Position numbers and translations under genes: made by a program. From Nocardioides sp. (GTDB lineage Bacteria > Actinomycetota > Actinomycetes > Propionibacteriales > Nocardioidaceae), in assembly GCA_037045645.1 (NCBI GenBank), contig JBAOIH010000011.1:90208-154207 (forward strand): DNA of 64,000 nt, in the 5' to 3' direction. The notes under the pieces were generated by a model. The model had not been told where the DNA came from. It made no database searches and worked only from the letters and a program-made list of their open reading frames with translations. The stretch's first letter is position 1; each line of letters begins with the position of its first letter. Of the stretch, positions 1-8,440 are shown in pieces.

Positions 1-2
1 AG

Positions 3-305
3 TTGGCCGACATGCACCTGGAATACATCAAGGGTGTCCTGCTCGCGATCCACCTCGGCCGGCGCAAGGACGCCGGCGTGCTGCGTCCCGAACAGGTGAG
101 CATCGGCAAGCTCAACAATGTGCGTGAGGCGTTGGAGATCTGTCGTACCTCACGCACCATTCTTGGTGCGAACGGGATCTCGTTGGAGTTCCCGGTGATC
201 CGGCACATGAACAACCTGGAGTCCGTACTCACCTACGAAGGCACCGTCGAGATGCACACCCTGGTCCTCGGCCAAGCCGTCACCGGCGAAACCGCCTACC
301 GCTGA
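3..305 (+). CDS. acyl-CoA dehydrogenase family protein, C-terminal end only (glutaryl-CoA dehydrogenase-like); gene starts upstream of the window
   Basis: The ORF is open to the window edge. The C-terminal helical-domain sequence ISLEFPVIRHMNNLESVLTYEGTVEMHTLVLGQAVTG is typical of glutaryl-/acyl-CoA dehydrogenases. Confidence 0.7.
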   Translation: MADMHLEYIKGVLLAIHLGRRKDAGVLRPEQVSIGKLNNVREALEICRTSRTILGANGISLEFPVIRHMNNLESVLTYEGTVEMHTLVLGQAVTGETAYR

Positions 306-1096
306 GTCAGAGCCCGACGCGCCACGCACGCTTCGACAAAACCGGCGAAGAGTCGGCGACGGTCCTCGGCCGAGCCGCGGTCGTCTTCGGGATGCCACTG
401 AACTCCGACCAACCAGCGATCCGGATCTTCGAACCCTTCCACGATGCCATCGTGGGCACGCGCGGTGATCACCAGCCCGCGACCGATGCGGTCCACCGCC
501 TGGTGATGGCCCGAACGCACCGTGATGCGCTCGTTGCCGAGTAGGCGCGCGATCCGCGAACTCGGTTCGAGAAGGATCTCCTCGTCGAGGAACATCTCCT
601 CACCAGGCCCGCCGCGGTGAAGCCCGAAGTCGTCGATATCGGGGATGATCGTGCCCCCGCGCGCGACATTGAGCAGTTGCGATCCGCGGCAGATGCCCAG
701 CACCGGGAGGTCGTCGGCGACAGCCGCCTCGGCGGCGGCGATGCCGTCGTGATCGGCGCGCAGGTCGACGCCGTACGAGTTCGGCACATCGCCATCCGGG
801 GCGCCGTACAACGACCCGTCGACATCCCCTCCGCCCAGCATCAACAAGCCATCGCACCGGGCGACGAGCGCCGGGTCGGCAAGCGGTTCGGAGGTGTCGA
901 AGAGTTCGTACGACACCCCCTGCTCCACAAGTTCCTGCAACGCAACGGCTGTGAAACGGCGTACGAGCGCCGCAGTCTCGGCGTTCATGTCGGGGAAGTT
1001 CAGCGACACGAGCACGGCCACGTGCGCCACCGGATCTGCCGACGGTGACTGCTTTGGAGTGACTGACTCGACGGTGACGAAGGCTGAGTCCGTCAC
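296..1096 (-). CDS. class I glutamine-amidotransferase-like gamma-glutamyl hydrolase (PuuD / peptidase C26 family)
   Basis: Motifs LGICRGSQLLNV (nucleophile Cys), HHQAV and GVQWHPE. The start is placed at GTG 1096, which overlaps the upstream stop as GTGA. The longer track ORF (to 1189) would run into the upstream gene. Confidence 0.75.
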   Translation of the reverse strand: MTDSAFVTVESVTPKQSPSADPVAHVAVLVSLNFPDMNAETAALVRRFTAVALQELVEQGVSYELFDTSEPLADPALVARCDGLLMLGGGDVDGSLYGAPDGDVPNSYGVDLRADHDGIAAAEAAVADDLPVLGICRGSQLLNVARGGTIIPDIDDFGLHRGGPGEEMFLDEEILLEPSSRIARLLGNERITVRSGHHQAVDRIGRGLVITARAHDGIVEGFEDPDRWLVGVQWHPEDDRGSAEDRRRLFAGFVEACVARRALTQR

Positions 1097-1803
1097 GTCT
1101 GCGACCGCCAGCGTTCGGCGCGCTCGGCGAGGTCGGCAAAGAGCGCGAGGTCGGTGGCGTTGGTGCCGAACAGGTCCTCGGGATGCCACTGCACCCCGAT
1201 CAGGTCGGCACTCTCGTGCTCGATCGCTTCGATCACGCCGTCAGCTGCGGCGGCGCTCACCACCAGGCCTGCGCCGAGGCGCCCGATGGCCTGATGGTGG
1301 TAAGAGGACACCTCGATCGCGTCTTGACCCACGACCTCCCGCAGCCGGGTCCCCGCCGTGACGCTGACCTGATGGGGCGCGCTGCGATGCGGCACGGTCG
1401 TCTCGACGAGATCCTGGACCAGGTCACCGCCACACACGACGTTGAGCACCTGGAGGCCGCGGCAGATCGCGAGCGCGGGTTGCCCGCTGGCCAGGTACGC
1501 CTGGGTCACGGCGATGTCGAAACTGTCCTGCCACGGCACCACCTCGACAGTCGTCGGGTGCGGCTCCTGGCCATACCGCTCCGGCCCGAGGTCGGCGCCA
1601 CCAGGCATCAGCAGCGCGTCGAAACGTGCCAGCCGACCTGCGAGTTCACTGCCCGGCCCGGCGCCGAGGCCGTGGAAGACGACCGGCTCACCGCCACCGG
1701 CATAGACGGCCTCGCACATCGCCTCGGCCGCCAGGGTCGCGGTGAACCGCAGGATCGGCACACTCGCCGCACGTCGACCGATCACACCGATCAGTGGTCT
1801 CAT
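1093..1803 (-). CDS. second PuuD-like class I amidotransferase / gamma-glutamyl hydrolase paralog
   Basis: Motifs LAICRGLQVLNV, YHHQAI and GVQWHPE. The start MRPLIGVIGRR at 1803 overlaps the upstream stop (ATGA). Confidence 0.75.
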   Translation of the reverse strand: MRPLIGVIGRRAASVPILRFTATLAAEAMCEAVYAGGGEPVVFHGLGAGPGSELAGRLARFDALLMPGGADLGPERYGQEPHPTTVEVVPWQDSFDIAVTQAYLASGQPALAICRGLQVLNVVCGGDLVQDLVETTVPHRSAPHQVSVTAGTRLREVVGQDAIEVSSYHHQAIGRLGAGLVVSAAAADGVIEAIEHESADLIGVQWHPEDLFGTNATDLALFADLAERAERWRSQT

Positions 1804-2522
1804 CAGTCGGAGGCCTCCACCTGGTCCTCGAACGGGTAGTCCAGTGTCGGCAGCCACTCGCGCCAGGCCGCCTTGTGTCTCCCGTCCGCGATAACGCGTC
1901 CGAGCGCATCGTCGAGTTCGGCGAGGGTGTCGCCATGGCCCTTGGGAACCGAGATCCCCCAGCGGTTGCCCGTGCGCACCACGAAGGCGAGTTCGTAGTC
2001 GGGGTGGGTCTCCCCCAGCGGCACGAACACCACGTCGTCGTCGACCACGGCGTCCACTTCGCCGGACAGCAGTGCGGCGAGCATGTCGGCGTACACGTCG
2101 TCGGATCCACTGCCGAAAGGCACGCAGATCGCACCGTCGAAGGACTCGGCCAGCGTCATGTTGGTGCTGTTCTCGATCGCCGCGACCCGCTTGCCCGCTA
2201 GATCGGCCGCAGTCGAGATCGGCTCGCCACGGCGAATCAGCACCCCTTCGTGGAAGACGGCGTACGGCCGGGTGAAGTCGCTGGCCTCACGGCGCAGATC
2301 GGTCATCCCCTGTCCGCACAAGACAGCGTCCGCGTCGCCGCGTTGGCTGGCCGGGACCATGTCGGTCCACGGCACCAACACCCACTGGACCTCCCGGCCG
2401 AGTTCGGCGGCGACCAACTCTGCTACCGCCGGCTCGAAGCCCTGACGACCACCCGGCGCCGACGCCAGCCCGAACAACGGCGGCGCATCGGCGTCGAGAC
2501 ACGCCAGTCGAAGCGCGCTCAC
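1803..2522 (-). CDS. type-2 periplasmic-binding-fold (SBP_bac_3-like) protein without signal peptide
   Basis: Amino-acid-binding-protein-like sequence (VLVPWTDMVPASQRGDADAVLCGQGMT..., FVVRTGNRWGISVPKG). The N-terminus MSALRLACLDADAPPLFG has no signal or lipobox. The gene is translationally coupled on both sides. Confidence 0.55.
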   Translation of the reverse strand: MSALRLACLDADAPPLFGLASAPGGRQGFEPAVAELVAAELGREVQWVLVPWTDMVPASQRGDADAVLCGQGMTDLRREASDFTRPYAVFHEGVLIRRGEPISTAADLAGKRVAAIENSTNMTLAESFDGAICVPFGSGSDDVYADMLAALLSGEVDAVVDDDVVFVPLGETHPDYELAFVVRTGNRWGISVPKGHGDTLAELDDALGRVIADGRHKAAWREWLPTLDYPFEDQVEASD

Positions 2523-3904
2523 GGGGCGTCATCCCAGTACATCATCCGCTCCCACTCCGACACCTGGCCGCAATAGCGCGCCCATTCGTCCTCGTGGTAG
2601 GCCAACAGCAGGTCGGTGAGTGGGTCGCCGAAGGTCTCCCGGATCACCGTGTCGGCGCGGAACGCCTCGATCGCATCACCCATGGTCAACGGCAGCGTGG
2701 GGAACGCCTCGTTCTGTGGCTGGTCATAACTGGAGCCGACGGTCGGCTCGCCTGGGTCGATCTGGTTGTTGAGGCCGTCCTCGCACGCTGCGATCAAGAT
2801 CGCGTGGGAGAGGTACGGGTTCACGGCCGCGTCGGGGAGCTTGAACTCCAACCGGCCGTTGGCCGAGAGCCGCACCGTGCAGGTCTTGTTGTCCATGCCC
2901 CAGTTGATCTTCGAGGGGGCGAACTGCCCGGCATCCCAATAGCGCTTGTAGGAGTTGACCGTGCGGCCCATCACCAGCATCGAGCCGGCCGCGTGCAGCA
3001 GCACTCCCCCGAGTGCATGCTTGCCCTGGTCGGTGAGGTGCAGTTCGCGTACGCCCTTCTCCTCCAAGACGTTCTGATCACCTCGCCACAGGCTGAAATT
3101 GTGGTGGCAGCCATTGCCCATCTGGCCGGTGTACGGCTTGGGCATGAAGCTGGCCTGGATTCCCAACTCGCGCGCGACCTGCTTGCAGATCTGGCGGTAG
3201 GTGACGAGCCGGTCGGCGGTGAGGTTCGCGTGGTCGTACATCCAGTTGAGTTCGACTTGGCCCTCGTCCTCGTAGTCGCCCTCGATCATGTCCAAGCCCA
3301 TGGCCTGGGCGTACTGGATCACCTTTTGATAGATCGGCCGGGCGCGTTCGAGGTGTTCGATGTGGTACGCCGGGCTCGAGTCGGGTCGGAAGGTGGCCTC
3401 CAGCCCGGGGCCTTCCCAGGACATCTCGGGTTCGGTGCCCGTACGCATCTCCAAGCCGGTGCGTTCGGTGAAGCCGGCGTGCACTCGCTGCAGCAGCCCG
3501 CGAGAGTCCGCGGCGTACGGCTCACCACCGATCTCGAGCACGTGGTCCGGCTCGTACAACCGACAGAACACCCGCGCCGTGGTGGTGTCCCACGGCAGCA
3601 CGGAGAAGGTGTCCAGGTCAGGGACCGCGGTGTATTCGGCCGCGTTGACGCCGCCGCCCAGCAGCACACCGGCGCGCGTGGACTGAAGGTTGGCTGCGGC
3701 CGTGCGGTGCTGCTGGATGCCGTGCCCGGCGACCCGCTCCAGATGTCGCGCAGGCATCACTTTGCCGAGCACCCGGCCGGTGATGGTGACGGCCTGGTAA
3801 TAGATGGTCTCCACACCGTGCTGCTCGATGGCGGCCCTCGCGGCGGCGAGAGCGTCGCTGCTGCTGTTGCCTTCGCGGTGTTGATCCAGGGGGGTTGTGG
3901 CCAT
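2519..3904 (-). CDS. glutamine synthetase family protein, probably a gamma-glutamyl-amine ligase (PuuA/GlnA3-type)
   Basis: 461 aa with GS catalytic-domain blocks (MPKPYTGQMGNGCHHNFSLW, NSYKRY, NPYLSHAILIAA). It sits next to gamma-glutamyl hydrolases. Confidence 0.8.
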   Translation of the reverse strand: MATTPLDQHREGNSSSDALAAARAAIEQHGVETIYYQAVTITGRVLGKVMPARHLERVAGHGIQQHRTAAANLQSTRAGVLLGGGVNAAEYTAVPDLDTFSVLPWDTTTARVFCRLYEPDHVLEIGGEPYAADSRGLLQRVHAGFTERTGLEMRTGTEPEMSWEGPGLEATFRPDSSPAYHIEHLERARPIYQKVIQYAQAMGLDMIEGDYEDEGQVELNWMYDHANLTADRLVTYRQICKQVARELGIQASFMPKPYTGQMGNGCHHNFSLWRGDQNVLEEKGVRELHLTDQGKHALGGVLLHAAGSMLVMGRTVNSYKRYWDAGQFAPSKINWGMDNKTCTVRLSANGRLEFKLPDAAVNPYLSHAILIAACEDGLNNQIDPGEPTVGSSYDQPQNEAFPTLPLTMGDAIEAFRADTVIRETFGDPLTDLLLAYHEDEWARYCGQVSEWERMMYWDDAP

Positions 3905-3957
3905 GGCGTTCCTGCTCTCGAATCGTGCGGGCGAGTGGTGCTAGGTGGTGCGGTGAA

Positions 3958-5190
3958 TCAGGCCGGGGCCATGGCGACGAACTCATTGCGCAGATCGCGT
4001 TGCCGAGCCCCGGACAGATTGAGCGCAACCGATCCGACGAGTCGGCCGGCGCGGGTATAGCGGGTCAGCAGCCCGGAAGTGAGGTCGCCCAGGTCGCCTT
4101 CGACGACCTCGACAGTGTCCGCGAGCCCGGGTGAGCCATAGCTTTGGAAACGCAGGTCGAACTGGTCGCTCCAGAAGGCAGGCACCGGAGCGAACGGCGC
4201 GAGGGCGTGCGGGGTGCCGGTGAGTTGGGCAACCAGGGTGGCCGCCGCCCGTTTGGCGGTGTCGGTGGGGATGTTCCAGTGCTCGACACGTCGGGGGACC
4301 TCGTCGAAGAGCGGGTTGGGAAAGCGAGCGATGTCGCCAACCGCGACGGCCCGCTCGGCTCCGACAATGGCGAGGTCGTTGTCGACCAAGACGCCGTCCG
4401 TCAGGTCGAGAGAAGCGTTGCCACCGAGCCACTCGGTGTTGCAGAGGGACCCGACCGACTCCACCACCAGGTCCGCGGGAAGCGTCTGGCCGGTGTCGAG
4501 GGTGACTCCAGTGACGCGCTCGTCACCGGTGAAGCCCGCCACGCCTGGACCGATGACGAAACTGATGCCCTGTCGGGTGTGATAGTCCTGCACGGCGGCG
4601 GCCAGTTCGACACCCAGCACCCGGTTCATCGGCGCTCCGGTCGGCTCCACGATGGTCACGCGGTGGCCGAGTTTGTGCAGGGTGCAGGCAGTCTCGCAGC
4701 CGATGAAGCCGGCGCCGATGACCACCACGTCGCGGGGGTCGCCCAAGGAACGTTTGAGGTTGAGGCAGTCGTCGATGGTGCGTAACCAGTGGCGTCCGGC
4801 GGTGGGTCCCTCCGTACGCAGCACGCGAGGTCGCAGGCCGCTTGCCGCGACGAGTCCTGCGTACGTCTCGACGCTGCCGTCAGCCAGGGTGAGCGTGCCA
4901 GCGGCCAAGTCGGCCGAGTCGACGCGCGCACCGAGCCGGAAGTCGACGTCTGCGGTCGAACTGCGTCGGCGAAACGCCAGGCGCTCGAACATCGAGTCGG
5001 CGCTGTCGCGCTCGGGATCGGCCAGCACCTCCTTCGACAGCGGGGGCCGGTTGTAAGGCAGGTGCGACTCCTCGCCGTAGACCGTGATCGGTCCGCCGTG
5101 GCCGGCCGCGCGCAACTGCTCGGCTGCGCGCAGACCGGCAAGCGAGCCACCCACGACGGCGATCCGCTCGGGGGAGTCGTGCTCGCCCAC
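3958..5190 (-). CDS. FAD-dependent NAD(P)H:ferredoxin reductase
   Basis: N-terminal RIAVVGGSLAGLRAAEQLR dinucleotide fold, LPYNRPPLSK, and a second VVVIGAGFIGCE fold. It lies directly downstream of a ferredoxin and a P450. Confidence 0.8.
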   Translation of the reverse strand: MGEHDSPERIAVVGGSLAGLRAAEQLRAAGHGGPITVYGEESHLPYNRPPLSKEVLADPERDSADSMFERLAFRRRSSTADVDFRLGARVDSADLAAGTLTLADGSVETYAGLVAASGLRPRVLRTEGPTAGRHWLRTIDDCLNLKRSLGDPRDVVVIGAGFIGCETACTLHKLGHRVTIVEPTGAPMNRVLGVELAAAVQDYHTRQGISFVIGPGVAGFTGDERVTGVTLDTGQTLPADLVVESVGSLCNTEWLGGNASLDLTDGVLVDNDLAIVGAERAVAVGDIARFPNPLFDEVPRRVEHWNIPTDTAKRAAATLVAQLTGTPHALAPFAPVPAFWSDQFDLRFQSYGSPGLADTVEVVEGDLGDLTSGLLTRYTRAGRLVGSVALNLSGARQRDLRNEFVAMAPA

Positions 5191-5191
5191 C

Positions 5192-5380
5192 TCAGTCGCC
5201 GATCAGGATCGCCTGGACCGGGCAGACGTCGGCTGCTTCCTCAACGTTGCTCATCTCGCTGTCGTCGGGGTTGGGGTCGTACTCCAACTTGCCTTCGTCG
5301 TTGATGCGGAAGACGTTGGGCGCGGCGATCGCGCACTGGCCGTGGTCCTCGCACAGATTCATGTCGACGGTGACGTTCAT
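5192..5380 (-). CDS. small [3Fe-4S]/[4Fe-4S]-type ferredoxin
   Basis: 62 aa with a CEDHGQC...CP cysteine pattern, between the P450 and the reductase. Confidence 0.8.
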   Translation of the reverse strand: MNVTVDMNLCEDHGQCAIAAPNVFRINDEGKLEYDPNPDDSEMSNVEEAADVCPVQAILIGD

Positions 5381-5419
5381 GGGTGTCCTTTCGTGGGGTG
5401 AGAACGGGCGGGAGAGGCG

Positions 5420-6616
5420 TCAGGTGCCGGGCGTGAAACCGATCGGCTGGCGCACCGGGCCGGTGTTGCCGGAGTCGGGAAGCCAGGTGCCGCCCTCCAT
5501 GGGGTACGGGTCGCGCAGCCGCCGTGCCAGCAGTGGCAACGCCTCGCTCATGTCGGAGCGAGCGACGAAGTGGCCCAGGCAGTGGTGGGCGCCGCCGCCG
5601 AAGCCGTAGTGCGGCTTGCGGGTCGCCTCGATGTCGAACGAAGGTTCACCGAAGACCCGAGGGTCGGTGCCGGCGGACTGGCTGATCATGTGGACGGTCG
5701 TCCCGGCCGGGACGGTGAGGTCTTCGTACGTGAAGGTCTCCAGGGCCTCGCGCGTCACCCAGCGAACGGTGGGGTTGACGCGCATGACTTCCTCCACGGC
5801 GGCCTTGCCGAGGTCGGGGCGTTCGGCCAGCAGCCGCCACTGGTCGGGGTGCGCCATGAAGGTCTGCATCGCCAGCCCAAGTTGGTTTCGAGTGGTGTCG
5901 TACCCGCCGAAGATCAACAGCACGAGACCGTCGCGCAGCTCGGTGTCGCTCAGGCGCCCGTCCTCGTCTCGGCTGGCGTTGACCAGCGTGGTGACGAAGT
6001 CGTCCTGGGGGTTGGCTCGACGGTCGGCGATGAGTTCGTCGGCATAGTCGTAGAGCCGTCCCAGCGCGGCCTCGATCCGTGGCAGTTCCTCCCGGATGGT
6101 CACGCCGAGGGCCAGGCCGATGGTCGCGGCCTCCTTGGCGATGATCGGCCATTCCTCTTCGGGAATGCCGAGCATGATCGCGATGACGCGCGCGGCGTAC
6201 GGCTCGGCGAACTCACTGATGAACTCGCAGTGGTCGTCGTGGTGGAAGTTGTCGATGAGTTCGTTGCCCAGTGCCTGGAAGCGGGGCACCAGGCTGCCGA
6301 TGAGCTTGGGCGAGAAGGCGGGGTTCATCAGGCGGCGCAGTCGGTGGTGCTCCTCGCCCTCCTTGTTGAGGATCCAGCTCTTCCACCAGGTGGCCAGGGG
6401 ACCTTCCACGATGCCGTTGTGGGCAGGCCAGGCGATGCTGCCTTGCCGCAGCTTGGGGTGCTTCATCAAACGACTGAGTTGTTCGTAGCGCAAGATCGCG
6501 AAGCCGTACGGAGTCGTGGCATACCAGTGCTGCTCGCGGGCGGCGAGCACCGCGGCAGAAGTGATCGAGAAGGCCGGGTCGGCGAGGTTCAGATGCGGGA
6601 CTGCGGTGGTGGTCAT
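5420..6616 (-). CDS. cytochrome P450 monooxygenase
   Basis: Heme-thiolate loop FGGGAHHCLG, ExxR (EEVMR), I-helix region LIFGGYDTT; 398 aa. Confidence 0.9.
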   Translation of the reverse strand: MTTTAVPHLNLADPAFSITSAAVLAAREQHWYATTPYGFAILRYEQLSRLMKHPKLRQGSIAWPAHNGIVEGPLATWWKSWILNKEGEEHHRLRRLMNPAFSPKLIGSLVPRFQALGNELIDNFHHDDHCEFISEFAEPYAARVIAIMLGIPEEEWPIIAKEAATIGLALGVTIREELPRIEAALGRLYDYADELIADRRANPQDDFVTTLVNASRDEDGRLSDTELRDGLVLLIFGGYDTTRNQLGLAMQTFMAHPDQWRLLAERPDLGKAAVEEVMRVNPTVRWVTREALETFTYEDLTVPAGTTVHMISQSAGTDPRVFGEPSFDIEATRKPHYGFGGGAHHCLGHFVARSDMSEALPLLARRLRDPYPMEGGTWLPDSGNTGPVRQPIGFTPGT

Positions 6617-6655
6617 GTCGCTCTCCGGTGGCGGGTGAAAGGCTGACCTTCGAAT

Positions 6656-6683
6656 ACTCTAGAAACGTAGGATTGTTTGTCAA
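6656..6683 (-). promoter_or_regulatory. putative sigma-70-type promoter of the P450 operon (TTGACA-N16-TAGAGT on the minus strand)
   Basis: An AT-richer intergenic patch. The -35 TTGACA is at 6683-6678 and the -10 TAGAGT at 6661-6656, about 40 nt upstream of the P450 ATG. A GGAGAG ribosome-binding site lies at 6626-6621. Confidence 0.35.
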
Positions 6684-6764
6684 CCAGTGATCCACGCCAC
6701 AGCCCACCGGTGGGCTCAAGGCGCGCCTCAGCACCCGAGAACGCGCGCGGGATTCGTCAGACGC

Positions 6765-7499
6765 CTACCCGTCGGTGACCGCGACCGCGACCTGCCAGCC
6801 GAAGCCACCGGGCACGTCGGCGACCTCCGCGATCTCGGCCTCGCCAGCCACGGGAAGGCGCTTGAGCCGCTCCGCCACCAACCAGCGGGCCGAGTTGACG
6901 GCAATCACGCGACGGTCGCTGTCGACCACACACACGTGCGCGGTCGACTTGCGCAACTGCCCCAGCAGTCGGCGTTCCAAGTCACGAAAATGCAGGTCCG
7001 CTCCAGCAATACCCAAGAACCGGTCGCCATCGAAGATCGGCACGGTCACCGTGGTCGCAAAGAGTTCGGAGCCGGAGTAGTCGACGTACGGCCCCACGAT
7101 GACTCGCCGCCGCTCGTCGCGGGCCGTGGTGAACCACTCCATGCGGGCGTAGTCGTACAGATCCAGGCTTGCCAACTCGGAGTTCAGGCGCAGGCGAGTC
7201 GCCCTAGCGCCACGCATCTGCCACCACATCATGAAGTGGGATTCGGTGTTGCGCACCAGCCCGATGTCGGCAACGTAGCCGTGGCCTTCCAGCAGGGGGT
7301 CGGCCGGCAACAGCGCGGTCACATGTTCGGCGACCGGAGCCAGGTCCTCCTCGCGGATCACACCTCCGGCCTCGCGCCAACAGTCGAGAACCAGGCCCGA
7401 GAGCACATCGAGATGCTCGAAGACCGGCGTGAGTACGGCACCCACCGCCGAGGCGAGTTCGGCCGCCGAGGGCTGGCCCCAGGACGTGACGTCAGGCAT
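6765..7499 (-). CDS. soluble Cache/PDC-like sensor-domain protein (function uncertain)
   Basis: A 244-aa ORF with coding-like composition, 3 nt downstream of the GntR gene. There is no TM segment or output domain. The Cache-like call rests on weak pattern resemblance only. Confidence 0.3.
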   Translation of the reverse strand: MPDVTSWGQPSAAELASAVGAVLTPVFEHLDVLSGLVLDCWREAGGVIREEDLAPVAEHVTALLPADPLLEGHGYVADIGLVRNTESHFMMWWQMRGARATRLRLNSELASLDLYDYARMEWFTTARDERRRVIVGPYVDYSGSELFATTVTVPIFDGDRFLGIAGADLHFRDLERRLLGQLRKSTAHVCVVDSDRRVIAVNSARWLVAERLKRLPVAGEAEIAEVADVPGGFGWQVAVAVTDG

Positions 7500-7502
7500 C
7501 GG

Positions 7503-8234
7503 TCAGCTCTCGCGCGTGGCAATCAGGTGTAGATCGACCAGCCTGGCCATGGCCGAGCGTGAATGCTGCTCAGCCAAGTCGCGAGCAAGGTCTTCTTCGC
7601 CTGCGGCGACCGCTTCGGCGATGGCGCGGTGCGCCCCAGCGACGAGTTTCACGTCAGGACCCTCGCACAAATCCAGCCAGAGCATGCTGCTGAGTTCGGC
7701 CTGGATGCGTACGGCAGCTCGCGTAAGCCGCTCGGAGTGGGCGGCTACGGCCAGTTCGATGTGGAATCTGCTGTCTGCGCGGACTCGGTCGGCGACGTTG
7801 TCGGCGTTGATCAGCGAGTCGACGAGATCGCGCAGGCGGGCCAGGTTGGCCGACGACGCGCGCCGCGCCGCCAATCGTGCGGACTGACCATCCACGGCTT
7901 CGGCCTCGTCCATGAGGTCGCGCAGTTGCGAGATCGACAGTTCCTGGAGGTGCGCCAGCGACTCGTCAGTCATCAGTTGGGCCTGGCGGCGTACGAACGA
8001 GCCACCCGTACGCCCGCGCCTTGTCTCGACCAGACCCATGTCGCGCAAGGCCGAGAGCGCCTCGCGGATCGTCATCGGAGCAACGCCGAACTGCCGAGCC
8101 AGATCCACCTCGGTCGGGAGTTGTTCTCCGGGGCTCACGATGCCGAGGAACATGGCCTCTTTGAGCCGCGCCACGACTTCGGCCGCACGCGTACCACCAG
8201 CCGAAGCCGGGGTGAGCACGGACAACTTCGGCAC
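7503..8234 (-). CDS. GntR-family (FadR/FCD-type) transcriptional regulator
   Basis: N-terminal winged HTH (LPTEVDLARQFGVAPMTIREALSALRDMGLVETRRGRTGGSFV) followed by a helical FCD-like domain. Confidence 0.8.
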   Translation of the reverse strand: MPKLSVLTPASAGGTRAAEVVARLKEAMFLGIVSPGEQLPTEVDLARQFGVAPMTIREALSALRDMGLVETRRGRTGGSFVRRQAQLMTDESLAHLQELSISQLRDLMDEAEAVDGQSARLAARRASSANLARLRDLVDSLINADNVADRVRADSRFHIELAVAAHSERLTRAAVRIQAELSSMLWLDLCEGPDVKLVAGAHRAIAEAVAAGEEDLARDLAEQHSRSAMARLVDLHLIATRES

Positions 8235-8440
8235 GTGGGCGAGGTCCTCTCAAGAATGCATCGAGCAGTACGCACGAGGCTACCCGACAGTAGCCGGCGC
8301 AATTGCTTGCGGCTAATCCCCCAAGATTGTAGTTTTCGTTTTCGGCCGATGCCGAGGCCCATCTCGGACCCCAACATCTCGACCTGTTTTCACGCCAGCG
8401 CCGGCGCCCCCGGGGCGCCACTCCAGATGGGATCAGACCA

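Noticed and set aside
2594-4060. A 488-aa plus-strand ORF, and similar long mirror ORFs at 5570-6646, 8390-9340, 11380-12855, 34872-36557, 55593-56843 and 62526-63632
   Set aside because: Each is antisense to a gene with strong family signatures (GS-like ligase, P450, permease, ATP-grasp, serS, aminotransferase, flavoprotein). None shows any motif of its own.
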